Made by a program: the position numbers and the translations under genes. From the IMG/VR virus record IMGVR_UViG_3300042923_000502, positions 96,001 to 160,000 of that record: a DNA stretch of 64,000 nt; one strand, 5' to 3'. The DNA comes from a virus. Below are positions 26,061 to 34,727 of this stretch, piece by piece. Position 1 is the stretch's first letter. Each line of letters begins with the position of its first letter. The notes under the pieces are model-generated. The model searched no databases and was not told the origin of the DNA. It was given only the letters and a program-made list of their open reading frames with translations.

Positions 26061-26608
26061 TGACAACAATTGTAGACAAGGATATTAAATATTCAGGTCG
26101 AATCTTTGAGGTCGAACAACGTAAAATTTTTCATGAAGGGCAGACGATTTATCGTGACGTTGTTACAAAGAACGATGTTGTAGTATGTCTTGTTCACAAT
26201 GAGGATAAAGACACGGTTGTATTGACATCGGAATATCGCGCAGGAACAAATCAAATTGAAGTTGGATTTGTTGCTGGAATTGTTGATGAAGGAGAATATC
26301 CTCACGCCGCAGCAATTAGAGAGGTTAATGAGGAAACAGGATATATCGTGTCATCTATTAGCTTTTTGGGAACAACGAATTCTTCCGCAGGATTTACGAA
26401 TGAAAAAGTTCATCATTTTATTGTTTTTGTACATGGAGAACCAGGAAGTCAAGATTTGGATCATGACGAGAATATTGATTTGCTTGAAATACCTTCACAT
26501 GATCTTGAAGAGCTGATTTTAAATGGTACAATCAAGGGAAATCATGCTCATGCAACACTTCTTAAAGCTATATTGTGCGGAGTAAAACTTAATAGAGAAG
26601 AGGGTTGA
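26060..26608 (+). CDS. nudF: Nudix hydrolase, ADP-ribose pyrophosphatase-like
   Basis: Nudix box GIVDEGEYPHAAAIREVNEETG; YSGRIF, SSAGFTNE, LDHDE. Confidence 0.85.
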   Translation: MTTIVDKDIKYSGRIFEVEQRKIFHEGQTIYRDVVTKNDVVVCLVHNEDKDTVVLTSEYRAGTNQIEVGFVAGIVDEGEYPHAAAIREVNEETGYIVSSISFLGTTNSSAGFTNEKVHHFIVFVHGEPGSQDLDHDENIDLLEIPSHDLEELILNGTIKGNHAHATLLKAILCGVKLNREEG

Positions 26609-26609
26609 T

Positions 26610-26816
26610 ATGTCAACTATTTACATTGACATTGAAGAAATTGTGAATGATCTTCAACAACAAGTGTTTGACAAGCATGGAATAAGAACAGATGTTCATA
26701 TTAAAGAAGGTGTAGGAATACTTGTTACACCTGAGAATGCACCTCTTGTTCATCGAAATGTTGTTCTTGCCATTCCTTGGCACGTACTGATGTTTGGCAA
26801 TATAACTATAAATTAA
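26610..26816 (+). CDS. hypothetical protein
   Basis: ORF in operon. Confidence 0.65.
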   Translation: MSTIYIDIEEIVNDLQQQVFDKHGIRTDVHIKEGVGILVTPENAPLVHRNVVLAIPWHVLMFGNITIN

Positions 26817-26829
26817 AAGGAGAATGTAA

Positions 26830-27150
26830 ATGAAAGAATGGTGGTTTTACGCAACAGTTATGTCATTGCCTTGGTGGGCAACAATTTTATGGGTAGTATA
26901 TTTGATCTACTTCATCTATCGTGCATGTAAGATATGGGAATGGACAAATGATTATGGAATTGTTAAGGGGTATAGATACGTATTTCTTGGATACAAAGGA
27001 AAGGTTTTACGTCTATATCATTTGTTGATAATGATCTTTGACATTCCTCCAGCAATTCTAGGATTGTTCTTCCCAGTTATTAAGAAAGTATTCTCTTTCA
27101 AAATTTACGAATTTAAAGATAATAAAAAGGAGGACAAAGACAATGCTTGA
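26830..27150 (+). CDS. membrane protein
   Basis: Two hydrophobic segments; AAGGAG RBS. Confidence 0.7.
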   Translation: MKEWWFYATVMSLPWWATILWVVYLIYFIYRACKIWEWTNDYGIVKGYRYVFLGYKGKVLRLYHLLIMIFDIPPAILGLFFPVIKKVFSFKIYEFKDNKKEDKDNA

Positions 27151-27331
27151 TTGGTTTAATAATTTAAATATTTTCATTAGAGTATTAATAGCGGTTTTTG
27201 CCTTGATCATTGCATATTTTGTAGTTGTGTTTTTGATCAAAGTACTGATTAACGTACTTATTGTAGTCATTGTAATTGCAGTTTTAGCAATTATCGGGTT
27301 GGCAATTTATAAATTATTAAAGAGTTTATAA
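27143..27331 (+). CDS. small two-TM membrane protein
   Basis: Almost entirely hydrophobic; GGAGG RBS. Confidence 0.7.
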   Translation: MLDWFNNLNIFIRVLIAVFALIIAYFVVVFLIKVLINVLIVVIVIAVLAIIGLAIYKLLKSL

Positions 27332-27382
27332 GTAAAAGATAAAATAAAATATCTTGACAAATCTTAGGTGTTCTGATATAAT
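27328..27382 (+). promoter_or_regulatory. sigmaA promoter with upstream box variant; overlapped by a terminator-like hairpin (27366-27394)
   Basis: TTGACA-17-TATAAT (27354-27382); ATAAGTAAAAGATAAAA at 27328-27344. Confidence 0.75.
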
Positions 27383-27421
27383 GTCAGTACACCTAATTTT
27401 TTCTAAGAGGAGAAGATTAAT

Positions 27422-27583
27422 ATGGAAGAAGTTAAATATGATAAGTGTCCGTATTGTGGGAGCGAAGAAACAGAAATATATGTGGATCGCATTTGTACTC
27501 TTAGATATATAGAAATGAAGTGCAACGATTGTAAGAGACACTATATATGTCATTTTAAAAAAGTTATAGTAAGAATAAAATAA
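27422..27583 (+). CDS. 53-aa zinc-ribbon protein (not in ORF track)
   Basis: GAGGAG RBS; MEEVKYDKCPYCGS...MKCNDCKR. Confidence 0.7.
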   Translation: MEEVKYDKCPYCGSEETEIYVDRICTLRYIEMKCNDCKRHYICHFKKVIVRIK

Positions 27584-27691
27584 AGACAATTCAAGATGTC
27601 AACTTGAAAGCTATCAACTACTTACTTTAGAAGTTGAATAGCCAAGAGACAAATATAAATTAAAGGAAGTGAATCACAATATTAAAGGAGA

Positions 27692-28438
27692 ATGAAAATG
27701 ATCAAAAGAAATAGTGTAAGAACAGAGGATATTTGTTTCGAATATCTAAAAGAAAATGCTACGGTCAAAAGTGTATCAGAGATTTTTGGAATGCATTACG
27801 ATTCAGTTAGAAAAAGGCTTGTCAAGAGTGAGAACAAAGATGTGTTGAGTAAAATGAAGTATAATTCAACTAAATCTATAAAAAAGAATCCCTCTAAAAT
27901 AATTGAAATTAACGAGAATTCTTTTGGTATAGTTCCAAACAATAATAGCAAATCAATTCATACATTCCCTATTCGATTAAAATCTATAATGGAAAATATA
28001 GGTTGGTCGGAAGACAAATTTGGTTATTTATGTGGGAATATTGGTGGAAAGAAAATGAAAGGATATCTTTTGGTTGTTGGCTCTCCAATACATGATAATT
28101 ACGAAATAGACCATATAAATAATGATATTACCAATAACCTTGAAAATAATTTGAGAATCATCACTAGAGAACTAAATCTTCAAAATAAGCAAGTACCAAA
28201 AAATAATACATCAGGATTTAAAGGTGTAACTTACAACAAAAGAAAGAAAAAATGGGTTGCAACTATTAATATTAGCAAAACAAACTTTTTTCTAGGTTTA
28301 TTTGATAATAAGGAGGATGCCGCATGGACTAGACTTGATTTCAAATATAATTTATTCGGATTTGAATTCATGTCAAATATAGAATCATCTCAATACGTTA
28401 AATTATTAAATGAAAGGAATGGTGTTCATGAGGTATAA
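27692..28438 (+). CDS. HNH-AP2 homing endonuclease
   Basis: EIDHINNDITNNLENNLR; AP2 motif NNTSGFKGV...KWVA...LGLF. Confidence 0.85.
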   Translation: MKMIKRNSVRTEDICFEYLKENATVKSVSEIFGMHYDSVRKRLVKSENKDVLSKMKYNSTKSIKKNPSKIIEINENSFGIVPNNNSKSIHTFPIRLKSIMENIGWSEDKFGYLCGNIGGKKMKGYLLVVGSPIHDNYEIDHINNDITNNLENNLRIITRELNLQNKQVPKNNTSGFKGVTYNKRKKKWVATINISKTNFFLGLFDNKEDAAWTRLDFKYNLFGFEFMSNIESSQYVKLLNERNGVHEV

Positions 28439-31400
28439 TAATTTTCATAAGCACACTCATTATTCAAACATCTCTACTCCAGATTGTATTGTGAAACCAG
28501 TTGATTTTGCTAAAAGAGCAAAGGAACTTGGTCACACAACACTATGTACTACGGAGCATGGATACGCAGGAAATGTCTATGAGTATTATGATGTTGCTAA
28601 AGAATATGGTTTGAAACTTGTTTTTGGTGTAGAATTCTATTATGTTAATGATAGATTTGAAAAAGATAGATCAAACACTCACCTTATGATTGTAGCTAAA
28701 AACAATGAAGGAAAAAGAGAATTGACAAAATTGATTAGTGAGTCACACAAAACCGGATTCTATTACAAAAATAGAATTGATAAAGAACTTGTGTTGAGTT
28801 TGAATCCAAAGAATGTTATAGTTACGTCAACGTGTGTTATGAGTTATATCGGAAAACATGATGATTATGAAGAAAACTTTATTTGTCCTTTGCACGAACA
28901 TTTTAAGGAAAATTTCTATCTAGAGATTCATGACAATGAACATATTATGCAAGTTAACTATAATAAAAAGATTCTTGATATTCATAATAAATATGGAATC
29001 CCCTTTATTCATGCTTGTGATTCTCATTATATCTATCCAGAACAAGATAGTGATCGAACGGAATTTCTTAATGGTAAGGGGATTCACTATGATGAAGAGG
29101 AAGGGTTTATTCTTGATTATCCAGATTCTAAAACTATATTTGAAAGATATGAAAAGCAAGGAGTGTTTACAAGAGAGCAAGTAGAATCTTCTCTTTTAAA
29201 CACTTTGATTCTCGATGATTTTGAAGACATTCATATGGATAAAGAAATAAAAATGCCAAGTATTTATCCTACATTGACTCATGAACAAAAAATGAAGAAA
29301 CTTAAAGATATTATCAACGAAGAATGGGTGAAAGATAGAAAAGAAATTCCGAAAAACCAGCATCAAAAATATATTGATGCTATTCGATTCGAAACTAAAA
29401 TTATAGAAGACACGAAAATGGAAGATTACTTTCTTCTTAATTATGAAATAATAAAGAAAGCAAAAGGTAAAGGTGGTGTGTTGACTAGAACAGGTAGAGG
29501 TAGCGCTCCATCATTTTATATCAACAAACTTTTAGGATTTACCGAGATAGATAGATTGAGCGCACCAATTACATTGTATCCTACAAGATTTATGAGTAAG
29601 TCAAGAATATTAGAAACAAAGTCTTTACCAGATATAGATTTTAACACGGCATCTCCTGAACCATTCTCAGAAGCGGCAAAAGAAGTGTTGGGTGATGATA
29701 ATGTATACTATATGACAGCCTATGGCACTATGCAAGAAAGTGAAGCATTCCGCAACTATTGTCGTGCTAAAAATCTTAGGATGGAATCTTACAATGAGGT
29801 AGGAAAAGATTTGGATAAGTATCGCAATGATGGAAAATGGAAAGATATTATCAAAGAATCTGCTAAATTTATTGATGTTATTGATAGTGTCTCTCCGCAT
29901 CCCTGTGCTTTTTTGTTACTATCAGAATCTATATCCGAAGAAGTTGGAATTATTAGAACAATGAATACAACAACTAAAAAAGTCACATATTGTGCATTGA
30001 TTGATAGTACGACATCGGACTATTGGAAATATCTCAAGAATGACTTCTTAACCGTAACTGTTTGGGATATCATAAGTAAAACTTTTGATATGATTAAACA
30101 GCCAATTCCTAATATACGTGAACTAAGTAGACTTGTTGAAAACGATAAGAAAGTTTGGGATTTATACGAGAAGGGATTTACTATAACGTTAAATCAAACA
30201 GGAACTAATTCGGGTACGCCACAAGTAATGCAATATAAACCAAAAAACATCCGTGAATTATCCGGTTGGGTAAGTGCAATAAGACCATCTTTTGCATCTA
30301 TGAAAGAGATATTCTTAAATAGAAAACCTTTTTCATATGGAATAAAAGAGTTTGATGAAATACTTGAAGAGTCTGATAATTTTGTATTATATCAAGAGAA
30401 CATCATGGCAGCTCTAGTTTTTGCTGGATTCCCCGAAGATGAAACTTATGGTCTTCTTAAAGCTATTGCTAAAAAGAAGGAAGGGATTATTGAACCTATC
30501 CAAGATAGATTCTTGAATGGATTCATCGAAAAAACGGGAAGTAAAGAAAATGCGGAAATGGTTTGGAAGATCATTGAAGATGCAGTAGGATATGGATTTA
30601 ATTCTTCACATGCTTATGCGGTAGCATTGGATAGTATTTATGGCGCTTACTTGAAGGCAAATTATCCTTTAGCTTATTTCACTGTAGTATTGAATCAATA
30701 TGAGAATGACACGAAGATGACTGGTAAAATATCAAATGAATTACCTCACTTTGGAATAAAGATTGCTCCAATTAAGTTCGGAAAATCAAGAGGACATTAT
30801 TCTCCAAATGAAGACGACAATTCAATCGTCAAGGGAATAAAATCAGTAAAATTCCTAAACAACATTATTGCAGATGAATTGTTCTTTTTGGGATTAAACA
30901 AATATGACACATTCATTGATTTACTCATTGATATCAAAGAGAAGACTTCTTGTGATGCGAGACAACTTAATATATTAACAAGACTAGATTTCTTTTCTGA
31001 TTTTGGAAAAAAAGAAGAATTGCTTGCAATTATAAAAGAATTCTCCGATGGGAAGAACCGATATAGTCCTACTCATAAAGAAGCGACAAAAATAAAAAGG
31101 AGATTGGGTCTTTATGAATACGAAAAGGCAGTTTTTAATGGAGAAATTGAGCTATCATTTTTTACTCCAATAGAGACAGTTCTTTTTGAGAAAGAGTATT
31201 GTGGATTCATCTCTAGCACATTCCCCGAAATTAACGGAAGAGTTGTAGGTGTACTTGATATTGATATGAAGTATACTCCTAAGATTAGTTGCTACATCTT
31301 TAAATCGGGAGAGTTGTTCGAATTCAAGGTAAAGAAAGATAAGTTCTTTGGAAGAAAGGACATCGAAGCATTTGAAACGGGTGATATGATCAAGATTTTG

Positions 31401-31508
31401 GCAATCTCTGAAAGAGAGAAGAACAAGAAGGTAGATGATAAGTGGGTCAAAACCGGAGAAATGGAATATTACTTGGAAAAATGTGCAAGATACCGCTTGA
31501 CAAAATGA
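28428..31508 (+). CDS. dnaE: DNA polymerase III alpha (DnaE; SPbeta YorL-like)
   Basis: PHP motifs HKHTHYS, TEHG, DSH; GRGSA; PDIDFN; YGFNSSHA. Confidence 0.95.
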   Translation: MRYNNFHKHTHYSNISTPDCIVKPVDFAKRAKELGHTTLCTTEHGYAGNVYEYYDVAKEYGLKLVFGVEFYYVNDRFEKDRSNTHLMIVAKNNEGKRELTKLISESHKTGFYYKNRIDKELVLSLNPKNVIVTSTCVMSYIGKHDDYEENFICPLHEHFKENFYLEIHDNEHIMQVNYNKKILDIHNKYGIPFIHACDSHYIYPEQDSDRTEFLNGKGIHYDEEEGFILDYPDSKTIFERYEKQGVFTREQVESSLLNTLILDDFEDIHMDKEIKMPSIYPTLTHEQKMKKLKDIINEEWVKDRKEIPKNQHQKYIDAIRFETKIIEDTKMEDYFLLNYEIIKKAKGKGGVLTRTGRGSAPSFYINKLLGFTEIDRLSAPITLYPTRFMSKSRILETKSLPDIDFNTASPEPFSEAAKEVLGDDNVYYMTAYGTMQESEAFRNYCRAKNLRMESYNEVGKDLDKYRNDGKWKDIIKESAKFIDVIDSVSPHPCAFLLLSESISEEVGIIRTMNTTTKKVTYCALIDSTTSDYWKYLKNDFLTVTVWDIISKTFDMIKQPIPNIRELSRLVENDKKVWDLYEKGFTITLNQTGTNSGTPQVMQYKPKNIRELSGWVSAIRPSFASMKEIFLNRKPFSYGIKEFDEILEESDNFVLYQENIMAALVFAGFPEDETYGLLKAIAKKKEGIIEPIQDRFLNGFIEKTGSKENAEMVWKIIEDAVGYGFNSSHAYAVALDSIYGAYLKANYPLAYFTVVLNQYENDTKMTGKISNELPHFGIKIAPIKFGKSRGHYSPNEDDNSIVKGIKSVKFLNNIIADELFFLGLNKYDTFIDLLIDIKEKTSCDARQLNILTRLDFFSDFGKKEELLAIIKEFSDGKNRYSPTHKEATKIKRRLGLYEYEKAVFNGEIELSFFTPIETVLFEKEYCGFISSTFPEINGRVVGVLDIDMKYTPKISCYIFKSGELFEFKVKKDKFFGRKDIEAFETGDMIKILAISEREKNKKVDDKWVKTGEMEYYLEKCARYRLTK

Positions 31509-31525
31509 CAAATGTAAGATAAAAT
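31497..31525 (+). promoter_or_regulatory. sigmaA promoter with the box overlapping -10
   Basis: TTGACA-aaatgacaaatgtaaga-TAAAAT. Confidence 0.8.
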
Positions 31526-31552
31526 AAAAAGACAAACTAAACGGGAGGACTT

Positions 31553-31843
31553 ATGACTAAAGAAGATGACAAAGAGATACTAACACTCATAAGAGAACTT
31601 GCGCAAAAAGATGTAGTTATAAATACACTATTAAAAGTATCGGAAGTTAATGTTCGAATGGAAATGGTTGGAGAGAGAGTAAGTAAAGAATTCTTGGATG
31701 ATCGAATTGTTTCACATGAATTGAAAACCTTGATTAAATCTATACTTTCTTTCCAATCAAATAGAATTGAAGGATTATATGAAGACTTAAAATTTGCTCA
31801 AGCAAACATGGTGATCAATCCAGTATTTTTGAAGAGCGAATAA
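31553..31843 (+). CDS. hypothetical protein
   Basis: ORF with GGAGG RBS. Confidence 0.7.
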   Translation: MTKEDDKEILTLIRELAQKDVVINTLLKVSEVNVRMEMVGERVSKEFLDDRIVSHELKTLIKSILSFQSNRIEGLYEDLKFAQANMVINPVFLKSE

Positions 31844-31929
31844 GCTATTTATTGGGATTAGAGTCGTTTACACTTCAAAAGTGCGATTTTTAATCCCAAT
31901 AACTTTCTAGGATTTGAGAGGTCAAACTT

Positions 31930-31955
31930 ATAGATAAAATCTATATTTTATCTAT
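31930..31955. repeat. 10-6-10 palindrome, copy 3
   Basis: ATAGATAAAA-tctata-TTTTATCTAT. Confidence 0.9.
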
Positions 31956-32086
31956 CGCTAAAACCAAAATTGAGAGGGTGGACAAAAATGTCGGATTACG
32001 GTGGCAAGAATGGTTTGCAAATTCTTATATTGCCACAAGTTGACAATGAACAATGGGAACAAAATTAAATCAAAGGAGAATGTAAA

Positions 32087-32584
32087 ATGGTAAAAATGTA
32101 TTTGATTAAATTTGATGGTAAGTCTTCTAATTATTTCAAAAATGGCGAAACATATGTCGGAAGAACAGGTAAAGATGGAGCAATTTACATGTTCAATGAC
32201 AAGGGATATTGGTCGCTTGCTATTAATCAACAAATGACTAGAGCAAATCTCATTAAGCCAATTGATATTGAAAAAGTGTTCTACGTTAACAATCACAAGG
32301 AAGCTCTTTCATATCCTCAAATTCCAAAAACTAATTGGGGGATTGATCTTAAAAGAATACGTGATGGAGAAGAGTTTACATTTATTCGTCCAGCAATAAG
32401 AGCTTATTATGGTTTTGATGTTATCTATACTGCAAGAATGGGAGCACTTGATACTATTCACACATCATGGGATGACCCAGATACAAATAAACCAGTGTCC
32501 TATATGGAAGAAAATGCATATGATGAATTAATTGATATGATTAAAAATGGAGATTGGATTATCACACAAAAGGAGAGTGTATAA
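32087..32584 (+). CDS. hypothetical protein with C-terminal 'IYTA..SW..GxWI' domain
   Basis: VIYTAR...TSW...NGDWII. Confidence 0.7.
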   Translation: MVKMYLIKFDGKSSNYFKNGETYVGRTGKDGAIYMFNDKGYWSLAINQQMTRANLIKPIDIEKVFYVNNHKEALSYPQIPKTNWGIDLKRIRDGEEFTFIRPAIRAYYGFDVIYTARMGALDTIHTSWDDPDTNKPVSYMEENAYDELIDMIKNGDWIITQKESV

Positions 32585-32586
32585 AT

Positions 32587-32946
32587 ATGATAGAAGTTTA
32601 TTGGAATTATTCGGACATTAAAGAACTATCAGAGGAATGTAATGATGCTATTTTTATCACGGATAGTGAAGATGAAGGAATGTCAATTGGAATTAATGAT
32701 ATTGATACAATCATTGACGGATTAAATAGAATGAAAGTTGAATGGGAACAAAGACACTATCTTAAAGAACTTCCAAAAAAATTCCAATTTGTCGTTGGTT
32801 CTAATTCAAAAATATATCAAGCAAAATTGTTGGATGGAAATGTTATTGTAATGTGGATAGAAGATGACATGACACCTGATGGTTATATTTACAACGAAAA
32901 GGATGTATTGGAACGCATTAATAGAAAGTCTTGGACTATCCTATGA
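32587..32946 (+). CDS. hypothetical protein with a related C-terminal domain
   Basis: FQF...IYQA...VMW...KSWTI; AAGGAG favours ATG 32587. Confidence 0.7.
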   Translation: MIEVYWNYSDIKELSEECNDAIFITDSEDEGMSIGINDIDTIIDGLNRMKVEWEQRHYLKELPKKFQFVVGSNSKIYQAKLLDGNVIVMWIEDDMTPDGYIYNEKDVLERINRKSWTIL

Positions 32947-33188
32947 TCAAGATAACTCTTAATAAACATGGCAACATTGAAAAGGTCGAATTACCTACAG
33001 GTGAAATAGAAAAACGTAATTATGGCAACTTGTCCAACTTACTTATTCTTGAACCACATGAAGGTGAACCATTTGCAATGTACAATCACAAAGACGAGAT
33101 TCAATTTGAAGCAATTCTTCTTGAGGTGATATCAAAGCATAGAATTCTTTATGATATTACTTTAAAATATGTTGAAGACGAGGAGTGA
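32943..33188 (+). CDS. hypothetical protein
   Basis: ATGA overlap with the previous stop. Confidence 0.6.
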   Translation: MIKITLNKHGNIEKVELPTGEIEKRNYGNLSNLLILEPHEGEPFAMYNHKDEIQFEAILLEVISKHRILYDITLKYVEDEE

Positions 33189-33194
33189 TGGTAT

Positions 33195-33494
33195 GTGTGT
33201 GTTGAAAAACCGTCAATCAGACCTCCTATGAGCATAGAGCGGTCTACAGAAATACCTATAAAAAGACCAACTATGCGTTATGAAACACATTATTATGCCA
33301 CGGGAGGTAAAGGAAATCCAAAATTAATAGGGTGGTCGCGTGGTACTCAACAAGAGAAAGAAAATGCAACGAATGACCATTTGCCTTATCGCCCAAGTCT
33401 CAAAAAGGAATACAATTACAATCATTCTCTTACCGTTGTGCCAATCACAATTAATAGAAGAGGAAGAATAATAAGATACAAATCACACAACTAA
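33195..33494 (+). CDS. hypothetical basic protein
   Basis: GTG start with GAGGAG RBS. Confidence 0.55.
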   Translation: MCVEKPSIRPPMSIERSTEIPIKRPTMRYETHYYATGGKGNPKLIGWSRGTQQEKENATNDHLPYRPSLKKEYNYNHSLTVVPITINRRGRIIRYKSHN

Positions 33495-33507
33495 AGGGGA
33501 ATACAAC

Positions 33508-34095
33508 ATGTCAAACATTGTCAACTCTCAGTACCAAAATCGTACACTTATGCTTAGTGATTACGTGGATTCAAATTCGGTTAAAGATTTAATTTACAAG
33601 ATTGTAAGTATTAACATGCAAGATGATTACTTGGAAAGAACAATTCAAGGCTATAAACGTCAAGCAATCATTCTGATTGTCAATTCGTTTGGTGGAAGCG
33701 TTTATGACGGATTCGGTCTTGTTGGTGCAATTGAAATGAGCGCCACTCCAGTCTACACCGTTTGCCTTGGAAGTGCTATGAGCATGGGCTTCATCATCTT
33801 TTCGGCTGGTCATCAACGCATGATTCATGAACTTAGCACACTAATGTACCATGAGGTTTCTAACTTTGTACATGGTAAGATGACTGAAATTGCTAAAGAT
33901 ATGGAGGAAATGGAAAGACTTCAAATGCAATATGATTACTACATCCTTGAGAAGACTAAAATTGGAGGTCATCAATTGGACAATGTAAAAGCCGCTAAAG
34001 ACGATTGGTATATTGACGCTCACGAAGCGGTAAAACTTGGAATTGCAGATAATGTAATTCTCATTGGTCAACAAGTGACTTGGAGCGAAGAGTAA
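33508..34095 (+). CDS. clpP: ClpP-family serine protease
   Basis: NSFGGSV, GSAMSMG (Ser), LMYHE (His), DWYIDAHEAVKLGIAD (Asp). Confidence 0.85.
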   Translation: MSNIVNSQYQNRTLMLSDYVDSNSVKDLIYKIVSINMQDDYLERTIQGYKRQAIILIVNSFGGSVYDGFGLVGAIEMSATPVYTVCLGSAMSMGFIIFSAGHQRMIHELSTLMYHEVSNFVHGKMTEIAKDMEEMERLQMQYDYYILEKTKIGGHQLDNVKAAKDDWYIDAHEAVKLGIADNVILIGQQVTWSEE

Positions 34096-34140
34096 CAAAT
34101 AGAAGATAAAATAAAAAAAGGAGAGGTCAATCCTCTCCTT
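34095..34140 (+). promoter_or_regulatory. stand-alone box followed by a hairpin
   Basis: ACAAATAGAAGATAAAA (34095-34111); AAGGAGAGG / CCTCTCCTT. Confidence 0.65.
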
Positions 34141-34160
34141 AAAACATTGGAGGAATATTA

Positions 34161-34727
34161 GTGACTAATAACAAAGGCAATTACATTCTTACTTATACAT
34201 TGAAAAAGTTTTATGCTATTGATCCACAACCTGAATCGTTTTGCCTTGAAGACATTTTTCATGCTTTAAGTGGAAACAACCGCTTTACTTCTCATGGTAG
34301 AGCAAGAGACTATACCGTTGGTGAGCATACGGTACGTGGAGTTTGGTTGGCTAGTCAATTAAAAATGAGCAAAGAAGTTCAAAAGTGTTTTTTGCTTCAT
34401 GATTTCTCGGAAGCATATCTCAATGACATTGCAGCACCATTCAAAGCACTACTTCCAGATTATATCAAGCTTGAAGAAATGGTACAAAATGCCATCTACA
34501 CAAAATATCTTGGATATATTCCAGATGAAGAATTTTACAAGGATGTTAAATTCATTGATCAAATGATGCTTATCAATGAAATGGAACAAATCATGCAACC
34601 TACGGAACCATGGGAAAGACCAAATATTGGTGAAACAATTCACATTAATCTTGATGACTCTATGAATAAAAATCAAATTAAATTCTATCTTAATAGTTTG
34701 GCTAAACATTTGGAGGTACATGACTAA
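34161..34727 (+). CDS. HD-domain phosphohydrolase (YfbR-like 5'-deoxynucleotidase family)
   Basis: DIFHALS..NRF.SH, YTVGEH, LLHDFSEAYLNDI..PFK. Confidence 0.8.
   Translation: MTNNKGNYILTYTLKKFYAIDPQPESFCLEDIFHALSGNNRFTSHGRARDYTVGEHTVRGVWLASQLKMSKEVQKCFLLHDFSEAYLNDIAAPFKALLPDYIKLEEMVQNAIYTKYLGYIPDEEFYKDVKFIDQMMLINEMEQIMQPTEPWERPNIGETIHINLDDSMNKNQIKFYLNSLAKHLEVHD

Noticed and set aside
23986-26608. NARP1 (Adps + Namat)
   Set aside because: No PRPP-synthetase-like gene in the window; the partners are NMNAT and Nudix
27610-27645. IS200/IS605 end (TCAACTAC...TAGAAGT)
   Set aside because: Resemblance is short, with no tnpA or tnpB and no second end
31988-32068. 26-aa ORF MSDYGGKNGL...
   Set aside because: It has an RBS-like sequence but is too short and featureless to support
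34161-34727. Z-genome (2-aminoadenine) pathway via DatZ
   Set aside because: No purZ or mazZ homolog is visible in the window, and this HD family is broad
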